Shown here: positions 1 through 12,800 of the stretch, piece by piece
How positions within the stretch are numbered: position 1 is the first letter of the stretch
Layout of the letters: every line of letters begins with the position of its first letter
NCBI RefSeq assembly: GCF_000400465.1
Contig: NW_008806283.1
Span: 20,001-82,000, forward strand
Direction: 5' to 3'
DNA from: Wallemia ichthyophaga EXF-994
Taxonomy: Eukaryota; Fungi; Basidiomycota
DNA: 62,000 nt
The notes under the pieces: model-generated
Seen by the model: only the letters and a program-made list of their open reading frames with translations
Told to the model about the DNA's origin: nothing
Database searches by the model: none
Position numbers and translations under genes: made by a program

Positions 1-927
1 CTAGTTGTGTACGGACGCGAGCTTGTCGTTTCTCGCGCGGCTGACCGAGTAGCGAGATTCACATTTGGAGAGCTGTGCGATAGTGTGAGTGGGTGTTAGG
101 TGTCGGTACTCCCCCTATCTAACGAGACAACAACACAACAGCCACTTGGACCCGCCGATTACTTAGCGCTGTCGTGTGCGTTTCACACGCTTATCGTCGA
201 TGATATACCTGTTTTACATCTTGCACAAAAAAACCAGGCGAGACGGTTCATTACCCTCATAGACGCTCTCTACGAGGCAAAATGCAGGTTAGTGGGATGG
301 GCAGAAGATGACATTACGTCGCTCTTCTTTCCCCCGTCGACGAATAACAAGCACGCAGACGCACGCGACTCGTTAGCGTACGAGAGTGTTTCTGAAGGTA
401 TAGAAGCGCAGTCAGCCCCACATGTCGCTAGTGCTGGCACCGTGAGTGATCTTTTGCCTAAATTTACCCAGACCACCACGCAGCTCGACGGTTTGGGTAT
501 ACTCTCGGGCGAGGATGAGAAATTCGCTTACAGACGGGCTGTTTCGAGATTGAGTGAGATGCGCTCACACAGCTACCTCACTCAACACCCCAATCGGTGG
601 ATCAGCTTGCCCGCGTCGAGTAGAGTGTGGGAGAGGAGTGTTAATGTTACGCGGAGTGTGGCGAATGTGGGGCAGACTAGTAGCACAATGGCACACCCAG
701 CACATTGCGATTTCAGCGACGAATACAGCAATCCCGCTGGCATGTCTCAGCGCAGAAATGCACCAGTCTTCTCGGATAATCACGTCTGGGGCGTGAGAGA
801 TGATCACGGGATGGCGTCGGGAGCGTGGGGCATGGGCAGTAAGGCGTTCGAGAACTCGGATGGCGCGAGAGTGGAACGAGCACGACGCGAACATAGGAAA
901 AGTCAGCGGATGGCTCGGAGAAAATGA
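1..927 (+). CDS. AFG1: AFG1/LACE1-family mitochondrial ATPase, 3' part (5' end lies outside the window)
   Basis: Motif LGPADYLAL...FHTLIVDDIP...NQARRFITLIDALYE is characteristic of AFG1. Frame is open from base 1 (LVVYGRELVV...FGELCDS), then GTGAGT...CTAAC...CAG intron 85-141. Confidence 0.85.
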
Positions 928-1002
928 ATAAATATGATTGCATTAGTACAACAAGTGAGTGTGAATTGTGTAGTTCTATTGATGGGTGGTTGGTATACAT
1001 GA

Positions 1003-1926
1003 TCACGCTGTGGTCATGGCAGACTGATTCCACCAGTCGCCAGCTGAGGCAGGTGTGGGTGTGCTGCTAGAGTTGACATCCACAGTATTTTTCTTCTTGC
1101 CGCCATTGTTGCTTTTCTTGCCACTTGAACCCTTCTTGCCGCCCTTCTTGGCCTGGAATATCTTAGCTTGTCGAGCAAGAGTAGCCTCCCAGAGGGACTG
1201 GTATCGCTTGTAAACTTCCATCGTAGCCTGTGCATCTATCACAGAGCTGTGTTCGTTCTCCTGAATGTCAATACCCAATACCAACTTAGCCAGTGCTTTC
1301 AATTTCGGTCTTTTAGTTTTAGCTATAGAGTGGAGCTGCTCGTATTTAGCAGTGTCACGTATAGACAGGGGAGGGTGAGTGAGAAGGAGGGCTTTAAGGT
1401 CGTTAGCGATCGCGTGACCGACGAGAATACGATTGTGGAGTAAATCTGAGACGTGTTTTTGTACGTGGGAGAAGGTGGGTGCTTTCTCAACGTCTTTGAA
1501 TGTCACACCACTAACCCAGGTACGAAAATCAGTCACTTTCTCCACTGGACGGACAAAGGTGTCGTAGATGACAGCACCGTGGTAGTTGACGATGGAGACG
1601 CGTGCGAGAACGCTCTCTTCACCGTCTCTACCCACGCCAACCATTTCACAATCCATTGCTAGATATTTGCCTATTTCTGCCTTAATCCCGGAGACTTGGG
1701 TGGGGAGGATGGATGGCGTAGGTTTAGCGAGAGTGGTGTGTGTAGTTTGTATATCCTGTGTATCGTGTGCATCGTTATCGTAATTCGACATTCTCGTCTT
1801 CTTCTCTGTATTGCTACTACTACTAATACTCCCACTGCGTTTACGTTTTGGGTGGTGGTTCTCACTAGCGACAGGCTTAGGCAGTTTCTTCTTAAGGTTC
1901 AGCCAATTGGACGAGGCTTGACTCAT
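1003..1926 (-). CDS. REX4: RNA exonuclease 4 (DEDDh 3'-5' exonuclease)
   Basis: [26 protein letters not shown] and HSSVIDA motifs; N-terminal SSNWLNL typical of Rex4; intronless. Confidence 0.92.
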   Translation of the reverse strand: MSQASSNWLNLKKKLPKPVASENHHPKRKRSGSISSSSNTEKKTRMSNYDNDAHDTQDIQTTHTTLAKPTPSILPTQVSGIKAEIGKYLAMDCEMVGVGRDGEESVLARVSIVNYHGAVIYDTFVRPVEKVTDFRTWVSGVTFKDVEKAPTFSHVQKHVSDLLHNRILVGHAIANDLKALLLTHPPLSIRDTAKYEQLHSIAKTKRPKLKALAKLVLGIDIQENEHSSVIDAQATMEVYKRYQSLWEATLARQAKIFQAKKGGKKGSSGKKSNNGGKKKNTVDVNSSSTPTPASAGDWWNQSAMTTA

Positions 1927-2008
1927 TAATTTTATCGCTCAAATTTAACCGCGTGGTCGATGGCCGTAGCGGAGAAGACGCTAACGACGATCAAGTTTCT
2001 CGTGAAAA

Positions 2009-3284
2009 ATGGCCAACAAGGAAATTTCATGTGGGGAATGGGTATTTGAGTAGTTTTAAGCCATTGACACACCCACTCACAGCCACCGTACTCCTCGTAC
2101 ATGCATTTTTACTCGCGAACAAACTCGATAAAACTGCAGCAAGGCTCTTGAAGGAGGTCCAAGGTAGTAGCGAGGTGGAGCTCGATGAGGCTAAACTGGC
2201 TAGCAGCAGGGATGATCCCAAGGGCAACCTGATTGTAGAGGCCGTTGCTGCTAAACTCGATCAGGCGAGGAAGGAAGCTGAGCAAGGCGAAGGCAGTGAC
2301 AGTGACAGTGACAGTGATAGCTCCAGCGACAGCTCCAGTGAAGACGAGAAAGTGAAGAAACCTGCTGCTATCAAGTCTTCACCTGCAAAGACACAGGCAC
2401 CTGCTGCACCAGCCAAAAAGCCAGTAAGCAGCAGCAGCAGTAGCAGCAGTAGCAGTAGCTCCTCAGACAGCTCGGATAGCGAGGATGAGAAGAAACCAGC
2501 TGCGAAGAATGTCTCAGCTGCAACGACCCAGACGCAGACAAAGGCACAGGCGGCACCAGCTAAAAAAGCAGCCAGTGATTCTGATTCTGACTCTGATTCT
2601 GACTCTGATTCATCCAGCGAGGATGAAAAAAAGCCAGCTGCTAAAAAGGTCTCACCTGTGAAGGAGCAGGAGCAGAAAAAGGAACAAAAGCAAGCTAAAA
2701 CAGCCGCAGCTAAGAAAGATTCAAGTAGTAGTAGTAGTAGCAGCAGCAGCTCAGACTCGGATTCAGACTCGGATTCGGACAAGAAAAAGAATGACAAGGT
2801 AGTGGCTGTAACACCCTCTGTACCATCATCTGCCACTAAGAAACGCAAAGCTAGCTCATCTAGCGACTCATCAAGCTCTTCAAGCTCCTCAGACTCAAGT
2901 GAAGATGAAAAAACTGACAAAAACACCACCGTCAAGAAGCAAAAAGTGGACGATAACACGGTCGTAGAGAATAAAGAATCATCAACACCAACATCCAAAG
3001 CAGTCACACAAACAACGACAAGCACCAGTAAGCCACAAGGAAAAGGTCAAAACGATCGCTTCAGAAGGGTTATTGCGGAAGATGTTCAATTCCACGATAA
3101 CAGACTTGCAGATAATTCATTCGAGGGTATTGGTTTGTCAGACAAGGATTTCGGTCACAAGGCAGCTTCCGATCTTGCCCCAACCAAGGGAGCAGGTTTT
3201 AGGAAGGAGAAGAATAAGAAGAAGAGAGGTAGTTATAAGGGAGGTGAGATATATATGGGCAGCAATTCCATCAAGTTTGATTGA
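2009..3284 (+). CDS. SRP40: Nucleolar Ser/acidic-rich chaperone Srp40/Nopp140 with N-terminal LisH-like segment
   Basis: C-terminal SRP40 domain (KGAGFRKEKNKKKRGSYKGGEI...SIKFD); alternating poly-Ser/Asp and Lys/Ala/Pro blocks. Likely ATG 2009 with intron 2031-2082, giving MANKEISSTVLLVHAFL. Confidence 0.9.
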
Positions 3285-3305
3285 GTGTAGTGGATTGTAA
3301 TCTAT

Positions 3306-4727
3306 CTATCTATACTGGGTATAAATGGCTATAATGAGTGCAAAGAGTGCGACGATTGCGATAAAGACACCACGGTTGAGGATACGTTCCAATGGCACCA
3401 ACTCCATAACCATGGTAGGTAGAAGGGTGTAACAAGCAGTGAGGAGGACGTGCAGGGCGCGGTAGGTGGTGAAGAGCAAGTTGTGCGTAGACTGCTTGTA
3501 TAGCACAACGATACTCTTAAACGCTACAGCGAAAAAGTGGTAGAAGAGGAGTAGTGGTTGGGGAGTGACAGCGCTGAGCAGTCCGACTGGCCCATTGACG
3601 CACTCACCGCCTTGCAAAAAGTACTCAAAGCAACCCTGACGCAAAACCTTCAAATTCTCGTTATCACCGCTAAATAAATCGTAAAGCGCCATACTGAGAG
3701 TGTTCACAGTACCAGCCGTTGAGCGTCTTTGTGAATCCCAGTTTCTGAGACACCTATGAACGTCTTCCCAATTCCTCAAATCAACACCACGTAGCTCGGT
3801 AGAGAGAGTGTGCACATCTGTCAATGCACACGTCATCCCACCGCCAGTTAAAGGGTGGCGTTGGTTGTGTGCGTCACCCATAAGGACAGTACCACGTCGT
3901 GTATGGCTGCGCTGGGCCGAGGGGCGCATGTAAGTGTTAGGCATAATGCGTAGGCGTTGATCAGGGTCAGCTAGAGCATTCAAGAGGGGTTGCTGGACGG
4001 ATTTGGGGAGATATGGGAGGATATGGGAATGGATGTGTGCTGGTAGCTTTGAAGTGGAGGGACGATCACCGCGGACATCCATCAGAATGCGCACGTCGTT
4101 CTCGCCTATCTGGTAGAGGAGAATGCATGCGTGATCGTCGCCGAGGATGACATTGCCGTGGTGGTGCATGGGGAGTTGACAGTCGTGGAGAATCAAACCG
4201 ACGAACCAGGAGCAGGTTCTTGGAGGATTAAGCTTCTTTAAAGCGGATTTGCGGAGGTTAGAGAAGCAGCCGTCAGCGATGAAAGTGAGCGGGGCAGTGA
4301 ATGATTGTGAATCTGAAGTGATAATACCGGTGACAACATCGTTATTGATGGAAAGCGATTTAACAGTGGCTTGTAGAGTTTGTACACCTTGCTGTGACTT
4401 TGAAATTCTTCTCAATTGCTGTATAAATCTGCCATGATGAAATGATCTTCCTTGGTGGGGAATTGGGTACGGGATTGGAACTTGGTGGTTGTTGTAAATG
4501 ACGCAGTAACCGAGTACTGGGATGCTATCAATACCCTCTAAAGCTTGTTTAAACCCGAGTTTATCTAAAGCTACAACGCCACCTGGCTGGAGTAATTCAC
4601 CAACAATTCTATCTGGCTCTGACCAATCACGTTCAACGAGCAAAACACTGTTACCCTCTCTAGCCAACGCAGCAGCTAGAGGAGGACCAGCGATACCAGC
4701 ACCAACGACGATTGCGTCGAATGACAT
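3306..4727 (-). CDS. ERG1: Squalene epoxidase (monooxygenase)
   Basis: FAD motif IVVGAGIAG, EPDRIVGELLQPGG, RHPLTGGGMT, C-terminal hydrophobic helices. First ATG at 4727; the track start at 4748 is a TTG. Confidence 0.95.
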   Translation of the reverse strand: MSFDAIVVGAGIAGPPLAAALAREGNSVLLVERDWSEPDRIVGELLQPGGVVALDKLGFKQALEGIDSIPVLGYCVIYNNHQVPIPYPIPHQGRSFHHGRFIQQLRRISKSQQGVQTLQATVKSLSINNDVVTGIITSDSQSFTAPLTFIADGCFSNLRKSALKKLNPPRTCSWFVGLILHDCQLPMHHHGNVILGDDHACILLYQIGENDVRILMDVRGDRPSTSKLPAHIHSHILPYLPKSVQQPLLNALADPDQRLRIMPNTYMRPSAQRSHTRRGTVLMGDAHNQRHPLTGGGMTCALTDVHTLSTELRGVDLRNWEDVHRCLRNWDSQRRSTAGTVNTLSMALYDLFSGDNENLKVLRQGCFEYFLQGGECVNGPVGLLSAVTPQPLLLFYHFFAVAFKSIVVLYKQSTHNLLFTTYRALHVLLTACYTLLPTMVMELVPLERILNRGVFIAIVALFALIIAIYTQYR

Positions 4728-4758
4728 ATGATGGTGGTTGAAGATCAACTACCACGGC

Positions 4759-5599
4759 ATGTGAGTTGTGTATTTAGATAACAAACCAAATTGATTAAAA
4801 AACTTCAAGGTCAGAAATTAAACTAGAATCTTTATTGGATTTATTAAGAAGATTACCTCCGCAGAAGATAGAAAGTAATTTGGGTGATTTGACAAAGTTA
4901 CTTAACGATGATTTGGATACACAGGATGAGTTTTTAGGTTGCGTGGATAAACCTTTAGAAGTACGCGTAGATAGCTCAAACAGACAATACCTCATTTGCG
5001 ATTACAACAGAGACGGTGACAGCTATAGGTCACCTTATACCAATCAATACCTTCCTCGCCTTACTGATGGCAGTCTCCCTTCCCCGCAACTCCGTCAACT
5101 CGAACAAGGATTGAATCAAGCTTTTGAGACATACAGAGACATGTACTTTGAAGGTGGCTTATCTTCTGTCTATCTTTGGGATTTGGATGGTTCTGCTAAC
5201 TTTGCAGGCGTTATTCTCATCAAGAAGGAGGTAGACGACGGCTGCTGGGATAGCGTACACGTTGTTCAAGTCAGTACACACGGTAGAGAATCCAATTACA
5301 AGTTGACTACGAGTGTTATATTGTCTTTAAGCGATGCTGATTCTAATCTTAGCGGCAGTCTCACCAGACAATGCGAAATTAACTCCTCGATCCCTTCAAG
5401 CTCATCGCATATCGCAAACATCGGCAAACTCGTTGAAGAGCATGAGAGGGGTATTAGAAATAGCTTGGCTGAGGTTTACTTGGGTAAAACAAAAGATATT
5501 CTTAACCTTTTGCGTATCTTTAATGGCAGAGGTGAGGAGAGTAGGAAGTTATCCCTACAACACGAGTTATTAGGCAGGTTGAAGAATAAATCTACTTGA
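4759..5599 (+). CDS. CAP2: F-actin capping protein beta subunit; start codon split AT|G by intron 4761-4809
   Basis: DLLRRLPP, YLICDYNRDGDSYRSP, SSVYLWDL, GSLTRQ, HIANIGKLVE motifs. Splicing gives ATG TCA GAA ATT in frame with the 4835 ORF. Confidence 0.93.
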
Positions 5600-5637
5600 T
5601 TTTAAAAATCCTATGTAAAAATCACATTCATTTCTCA

Positions 5638-5958
5638 TTATACACCCTGCTCATGCCTTTCTTTAGACATTCTATGGACATATGTTGTGGAAATGATGTT
5701 GACTAGGCAAGTTTAGCATATAAATCGCTTCAATGCACACCACTCACATGCCTCCATATACCTCTGCATACAGTTGTTTAAACAGCCTTCTTCACCACTG
5801 GATAACGCATTGGATGGCTTCAGTATACATTTACTGTAACATTGATTGTTCATATTATTTATCAATTGTTGAGCATTAGCTAAGGCGCTTGCTTGCTGTA
5901 TTTCATCCTTCATTTTATTCACATCTGGCTGCTTTTTTGAGGCACCGAAGAGCGACAT
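5638..5958 (-). CDS. TIM13: Small Tim chaperone of the mitochondrial intermembrane space
   Basis: ALANAQQLINNMNNQCYSKC...CLNNCMQRYMEA twin CX3C; intron 5703-5747, then FNIISTTYVHRM...stop 5638. Confidence 0.88.
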
Positions 5959-5986
5959 GGTGGTGTATGAATAAAGAAGTTTATCT

Positions 5987-6784
5987 TCACCAATTAACTC
6001 GATTTCCACTAAGCGTCTCACCTGGACTGTTTACTCTCTCTGGAGGCGTCTTTGGGAGCTTATTCACTCCCCATAATCCAGCACTGCCCGTTCTTTCCAT
6101 CAAGTTTATAGATTTTGGTTGAATTTTTGACCTCATTGAGGTATTCTTGTTGAGTTTATCGTTTGTTTCTTTGATAAGGTCTGAAATTAGTGTGTTGTAT
6201 GTTGTATTGTCGTTCTTTAAGCTGTCCAAGTGCTCGAGGTTGTAAGTGAGTTGTGCGTTGATTGAGTGTTCATGTGCTTGTAGATTATCACGCATCTTCA
6301 CCAGCACACCCACATTAACCAAGTTAAGTGTATTCAAGTCCACTCTATCTATCTCATCTGAAACACCTTCAATATCAATATCTGGATCTTTACCTAGTTG
6401 TGGCTGTGTCTCAATTGGTTTAATTGGTAAAATCTTCTCATTTGGGTTTATTGATAATTGTAATGGTGGCAACTTGTTCAAACCAATCTCATCCAAATTT
6501 AAAGGTTTCCCCAATGTTTGAAGGTATTGTCTACGCGTGAGCGAGTAAACGAATTCAAGTGGATTTGGTGGGTGGGTTGTGTGTAGCTGTGTATAAATAC
6601 TTCTTGCACTATTTGTTGTAAGAATCTGGCTATTAAAATCTACTTGTCTTTCTGGAATAACTTGTAACTCGGGTGATTGCAAATCCAACTCCAAATCAAC
6701 GTCAACTTGGTCTCCAAAATCTCCAAAATCATCTCCAAAGTCGTTTTCCTCAAAATCTTTAAATTCTTCGGAAGTCTGGCTCAT
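5987..6784 (-). CDS. Hypothetical protein with N-terminal acidic DFGDDFGDF (FGxF) motifs and a C-terminal coiled coil; possible AP-1 accessory factor
   Basis: Long open frame; EENDFGDDFGDFGD near the probable ATG 6784; heptad-like C-terminus. Family assignment is inference. Confidence 0.6.
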   Translation of the reverse strand: MSQTSEEFKDFEENDFGDDFGDFGDQVDVDLELDLQSPELQVIPERQVDFNSQILTTNSARSIYTQLHTTHPPNPLEFVYSLTRRQYLQTLGKPLNLDEIGLNKLPPLQLSINPNEKILPIKPIETQPQLGKDPDIDIEGVSDEIDRVDLNTLNLVNVGVLVKMRDNLQAHEHSINAQLTYNLEHLDSLKNDNTTYNTLISDLIKETNDKLNKNTSMRSKIQPKSINLMERTGSAGLWGVNKLPKTPPERVNSPGETLSGNRVNW

Positions 6785-6836
6785 TTTGGTGTAAATCGAC
6801 TCTTGAATCGTGACGGTGACTAGCTGGCTGACTGGC

Positions 6837-9800
6837 ATGTCAGAAATAACAAATCTAAATTCTTTAATAAAGGTGGATAGTGATGGCGGTGTTTTGTGTC
6901 CCAATTTAGACGATATACACGCTTTACTCCAATCAAGATTTCGCGTAGATCTCCCTTTCACGAAGCTAGGATCATCTACGCTGATATCTGTAAATCCCTT
7001 GAAGCAGCTTCAATCTTACAACGCTCAATCTCAAATTGAGTATAAGCAGAACACTTATCTCCCTAGCCACTCTATTCTTCAGCCACACGCCTATGATTTG
7101 GCTAGCAGGGTTTTACTATCCTTGAAGCGCAAAGGTGTCAGCCAGGCTGTTATTTATGAGTGGGTGGTAGTTTTTGGCTGTTGGTTGTTGCGTATTCTGA
7201 CTCCTCTTCAAGTGGTCTCGCTGGTTCTGGTAAATCATACAACAAATCGCTCATAACCAATCAACTTCTATTTCTATCCAATAACTCTTTAGGATCTAAT
7301 CAGCTGATTGAAAAGATTAATTCTCTCCACACTATCATCAGCTCGTTCGGTAATGCTAAGACTAGCCTCTCTTCAAATGCCACCAGGCATTCCCTTCTCC
7401 ACGAACTACAATTCTCTAAAGCTGCGAAACTTATTGGCTCTAAATCCCTCCTTTTCAACCTTGACAAATCTAGAATTGGTCATTTGGCTCCTGATGAGCG
7501 CTCGTTCCACGTCTTCTATCAGTTCCTCGCAGGTGCTCCACCCAACCTCCAAGAACTCTATGACTTACAAGATCCAAGCTCATACGCTATGTTAGCTTCC
7601 AGTGGCTGCTTCAAACTCCCCTTTGGCCCTTTCTCTGATGACCACGCTGGCTATAACGCTCTCTATGATGCTTTCATTACTCTGGGTTTCAGGCAAAAAC
7701 ATATAAACTCTATTTGGAGCGTGATTGTCGCTATTCTAACTCTTTCTAATATTGAATTCATCGATACTGAATCGAGAGACTCTTCTGCCACCGTTCTGTC
7801 AACCCATGAACTTCAACTTGTGGCCCATTTACTCGGCATTGAGCCAGATGAACTCGAGGTTTTACTCGTCAATAGAAGCTTCTATGTAAAGAAAGACATA
7901 AGTACCCACCTCCTTGACTCAGCCGGTGCTGTACGCCAACGCGATCACCTCATCCAAGATCTTTATGCTATTTTATTCACTTATATCATTGAATCTGGCA
8001 ATCACAAGCTCGTTAATGACAAAAGTGCCTTGCAGATTCTTCAATTAGATATTCCTGGTTTTAACAGCAAATCACCCACAAATTCAATCATGTCGAGACA
8101 TTCATACCCACTCATCAACTCACAAACGTGCAATTTCAACGATTTCACTATCAACTACTCTTCTGAACTCGTCAATGCTTATTTGATGAGAAGAGTGTTC
8201 GATGATAGCAATTCTTACAATGGTATCCAAATCAACGATGGTTTGCAATTTCTTGATAAGTACCATGATGCTACTACCAGCGACGCTCTCCATTTGTTAC
8301 GTGGCTCTCCCACTTTTCCCACTTCTCATCCTCCTCCAGGGAAGCCTTTGGGTGTCTTAGGGCTCCTCAACCAGTCAGGAAGGCAGATTATGAGTGGAGC
8401 GCTGCTTGAGAATAGAGCTGACGATGCATTTATCGCCTCATTAAACAATAACTTCCACTCTCATAAAGCATATGAATTCAATCCACCAGGATATGGCAAC
8501 CCACCCACTTCACAATTCACCATTAATCACTGGGGAGGAAGTGTTAGCTACGAGGTGCATGAGTTCATCCACCGCGATCAAGATAGGTTGGATCCGATGA
8601 TAGTATCAACTCTTCGCTCATCGAGTAATTCATTCATCAGCAAACTGTTTAGTGGTCCCTCCATTTCCATCAAGATGCATCCAGTTGACGAGGAGACAAT
8701 AGCAGACTCACAAATCTCCACTGCACCATTGAGGGAAGTGTCTTCAATAAGCCATCCCGTCGATGGAGGACTATCGCAATCAACTCAGCACCAACTCAGC
8801 AGCCACGACATACACCCCGTCTCCACCCAGCTCGATTCGACGTATGGCGGCATACTGAATGCCTTTGACAAATGTCAGATGTGGAGTGTTCTCTCACTCC
8901 GTCCGAACGACAGTGGCTCAGCGAATGCCATCGACAAGCGCAGACTGCGCTGGCAGCTGGAGCGATTGCGAGTGGGCGACATTGTTGAACGTAGGCGCTC
9001 CGACTACGTTTCTCACTACCCCTTCGAAACATTTTGCACACGCTATATTTCAGGCGAGGCGGTGGATGATCCAGACATCGCTAGAGTGGCTGCACAGACG
9101 TATCTCACTGAGAACGATTTCGGCGAAGGGCTCGATTATGCACTGGGCAATGAGTGCGTGTGGCTTAGTTACGCTGCGTGGAAGATACTCGAGGATGGAA
9201 TACGCGAAGGGGAGCATGACTACGACTATGAGGAGGAGGAAGAGGACGGGCGTGATAGCTTTGGCGAAGCGCCCAAGGAAATGGCAGTCGATCCTCACTC
9301 CCACTCCAACACGCGCGCTTCAACTAACTTTGTCCCGATGAATGCGGCCGTTACTCCAAACACACCTCAAACTCCGCACGATGCGGACGGCTACGCATAC
9401 CCCTTCCCCCAAAGCGGCTATGCGCCCGTCGACGAGCACACGCCGTCGTACGCGAAGCAGGAGTTCGCAGACGCCCAGACGCCCGGGCTGCAGTATGAGT
9501 GGGGAAGCGATAAAGGGGAGACTATGAGCGAAAAGAGCGACAAGTCTGGCGCAGATTCCTTCGTCGCACACCGTCAACACGACGTCCAGAAAGCGCCGCG
9601 CAGCCCTTCGAGACGCTTCTGGGTAAAGCTCGTCTGGGCGTTTACCTGGTTCGTCCCGTCGCTCCTCCTAACGCATGTGGGCAGGATGAAGCGTCCGGAT
9701 GTGCGTTTTGCATGGCGCGAGAAACTCACTCTGTGTATGCTCATCGCACTTTTTTGCGGCGCTGTCCTCTTCTATATTATCGGCTTCGGGAAGGTCCTCT

Positions 9801-12800
9801 GCCCTAATTATAACAAGGCGTGGAGTGATGGCCAGCTAGGATCGCATGCGTCAGACGATGACTTCTGGGTTGGTATCCAGGGTTCAGGTAGGTGCAGAAG
9901 GTACTAAGCTAAACTCGCTCAACTAACTCAAACCCTCCTCAGTCTACGATATCTCCGACTTCTGGAGGACTAAACACTCGGACATAGAGTCACGCCCTGT
10001 TACATCGGAACAGATGAAGCAGCTCGGCGGGCGCGACCTCACTGATTACTTCCCTCCACCACTCGAATGGGCTTGCGAGGGTCTGACGGATGGTGACATA
10101 CCCAACTACGATCCCGGAAGCAGACTACTTGCCGTCCCAACTGCCGACCATAGCTCAGGAACCGAGTACGAACTCAATGAAGACTCAGCACTCCAGTCGT
10201 CCACCTGGTACCCCGATAACTTCCTTCCCAAGATGAAACCCATGTACAAGGGTTTGTTTGTGATTCAGAAGGAGGACGTACAGGAGGACGGCTTTAAGCG
10301 TGACAAGCAGAAGGCTATGTATGACGGCGGGGTTTACGACCTAAGTGCATACCTCTCCACCGTCAAGTACTACTCTTCGACGAATGATGCTGTGCAATTC
10401 ATGGACGAGAGCGTCACCGATCTTTTCAAGGAGAAAGCGGGGCAGGATATTACGAAGGAGCTCAACGAGGTGTTGGACGGCATGGACAACACGCGCGCCG
10501 ATCAGCACAAACAGTGTCTTAAGCGCAGGTACTATCTCGGCGACGTTGATTTCAGAGACACGCCCAGATGTCAGGCGCAGAACTACATCCTGCTCTCCTT
10601 CACCGTATTTCTCTGTTGCATTCTCCTTGTCAAGTTCCTAGCGGCGCTCCAGCTCGGCAGCAAGCGCAAACCGGAGCCACAGGACAAATTTGTTATATGT
10701 CAGGTGCGTGTGGTTTGTGCGTTATGCACCGTGCATTTTGCTAACATATACATAGGTTCCCGCTTACACTGAAGGTGAGGATTCGCTGAAGAAGACGATC
10801 GACAGCTTGGCCGGGTTGGAGTATGACGACAAGCGCAAACTCATCCTCGTAGTGTGTGACGGCAACATTATTGGTGGTGGGAACGACAGAACAACACCGC
10901 GCATAGTTCTCGATATATTCGGTGTCGATCCTGAAATCGACCCTGAGCCACTGATGCTTAAGTCTCTCGGCGAGGGCGGCAAGCAGATGAATTACGGCAA
11001 GGTGTATTCGGGGTTATATGAGTACGAGGGGCATGTTGTACCCTTTATGGTGGTTGTCAAGGTCGGTAAGCCTACCGAGCGGTCCAGACCAGGCAACAGA
11101 GGGAAGCGTGATTCACAGATTCTCGTGATGCGCTATCTTAACAGGGTGCACTTCAGCGCACCTATGTATCCACTCGAGCTGGAGATGATGCACCAAATGA
11201 AAAACGTCATCGGGATCGATCCGAGCTTCTACGAATACATACTCATGGTGGACGCAGATACATCCGTCACGCCAGAATCGGTCAATCGACTGGTTGCACG
11301 ATGCGTTGACGACAGCGCGATTATCGGGATTTGCGGTGAGACGAGGTTGGACAACGAGGAGCAAAGTTGGTGGACTATGATACAGGTGTATGAGTACTTT
11401 ATTTCCCACCATCTAGCCAAGGCGTTCGAAAGTCTGTTCAGTACTGTCACATGTCTTCCAGGGTGTTTCTCTATGTATCGCATTCGCACTGACGATAAAG
11501 GAAAGCCGCTGATCATCTCGACGCGTGTGATAGAGGACTATGCGGAGAACAACGTGGATACCTTGCACAAAAAGAATTTGCTCTCACTCGGTGAAGATCG
11601 TTACTTGACTACTATCATGCTCAAGTATTTCTCTGCATTCAAGATGAAATTCACCCAGGACGCTATTGCTCACACTGCAGCACCTGAGTCTTGGTCTATC
11701 CTTATGTCACAGAGACGTCGGTGGATCAACTCGACAGTACATAACTTTACTGAACTCATTAACCTTCCTGATATTTGCGGGTTCCTTTGCTTCAGTATGC
11801 GCTTTATCGTCATCATTGATCTTATCTCGACCATTCTATTGCCGGCAACCGTCGTTTATCTCGTCTACCTGATCACGATTGTCGCTTTGGGTCAAGGACC
11901 GTTCCCCATTATCACGATAATCATGTTAGCTGTGAGTGAATAGTTGGAGGTGATGATGGCATTACCTTCTCACTTTAACACCTGATCAACTTCTAACACT
12001 CCTCAGGCCACGTACGGCTTCCAAATCGTCATCTTCCTCCTCAAGCGCGAGTGGCAGTATGTAGGCTGGATGATCATCTACCTGCTCAGCTACCCCCTGT
12101 GGTCTTTCTACCTGCCGCTGTACTCGTTCTGGCATTTCGACGACTTCGGATGGGGTACGACGCGCGTTGTGATCGGTGAGAAAGGGTCGACCAAGATCGT
12201 CGCTACTGACGAAGAACCCTTCGACGAGTCGCAACTCCCTCTCAAGACATTCTCCGACTACGAAACAGAGCTGTACACTAAGACAGGCGGCACTAACCCC
12301 TTTTCCGACAGCCGCGGCATGGCTTCTACTATTAGTGACTTCCAGTTCCCACCGCCACACGCAAGTATGCATATGGGCGGTGGTGGGGGTGCGATGAGTG
12401 CGATGAACGGGATGAACGCCCGTTCTAACACTCCTGCTTATACCAACGCCGGCGATATGCCGCGCCCATACTCAACTTACTCCCTCGCTACCAACAACCT
12501 CGCTCCGAACATGCCGCACATGCAGAACATGCCGAACAATCCGTATGGAGCAGCGTCGGCGTACAACCCCACCATGAGCCACATGAGCATGGGCATGGGA
12601 ATGGGAATGGGTATGAATCCTTATCAGTCAATGTACGGTATTAGCGAGGCGCAGCTGCTGCCACACGCACAGATGCACGCACATACACAAGATCAAGATA
12701 ACTCGCCACACTCCAATTCAGCTGCTTCCAGACCTCCCTCTATGTTCTCGGGCGCGGGGCAGGCTGCATCGGACTTCGGTGCGAGCGTTGCTCCCAATCC

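Noticed and set aside
2027-3300. Antisense and alternative-frame ORFs over SRP40 (for example 2261-3025, 254 aa), and similar shadows over TRA2, SPC105, the GH78 gene and the subtilisin
   Set aside because: By-products of low-complexity or GC-rich coding sequence; no motifs of their own.
6836-6839. Overlapping opposite-strand start codons in one CATG for the FGxF gene and chitin synthase
   Set aside because: A downstream ATG at 6784 directly precedes the motif-bearing region and is the more plausible start.
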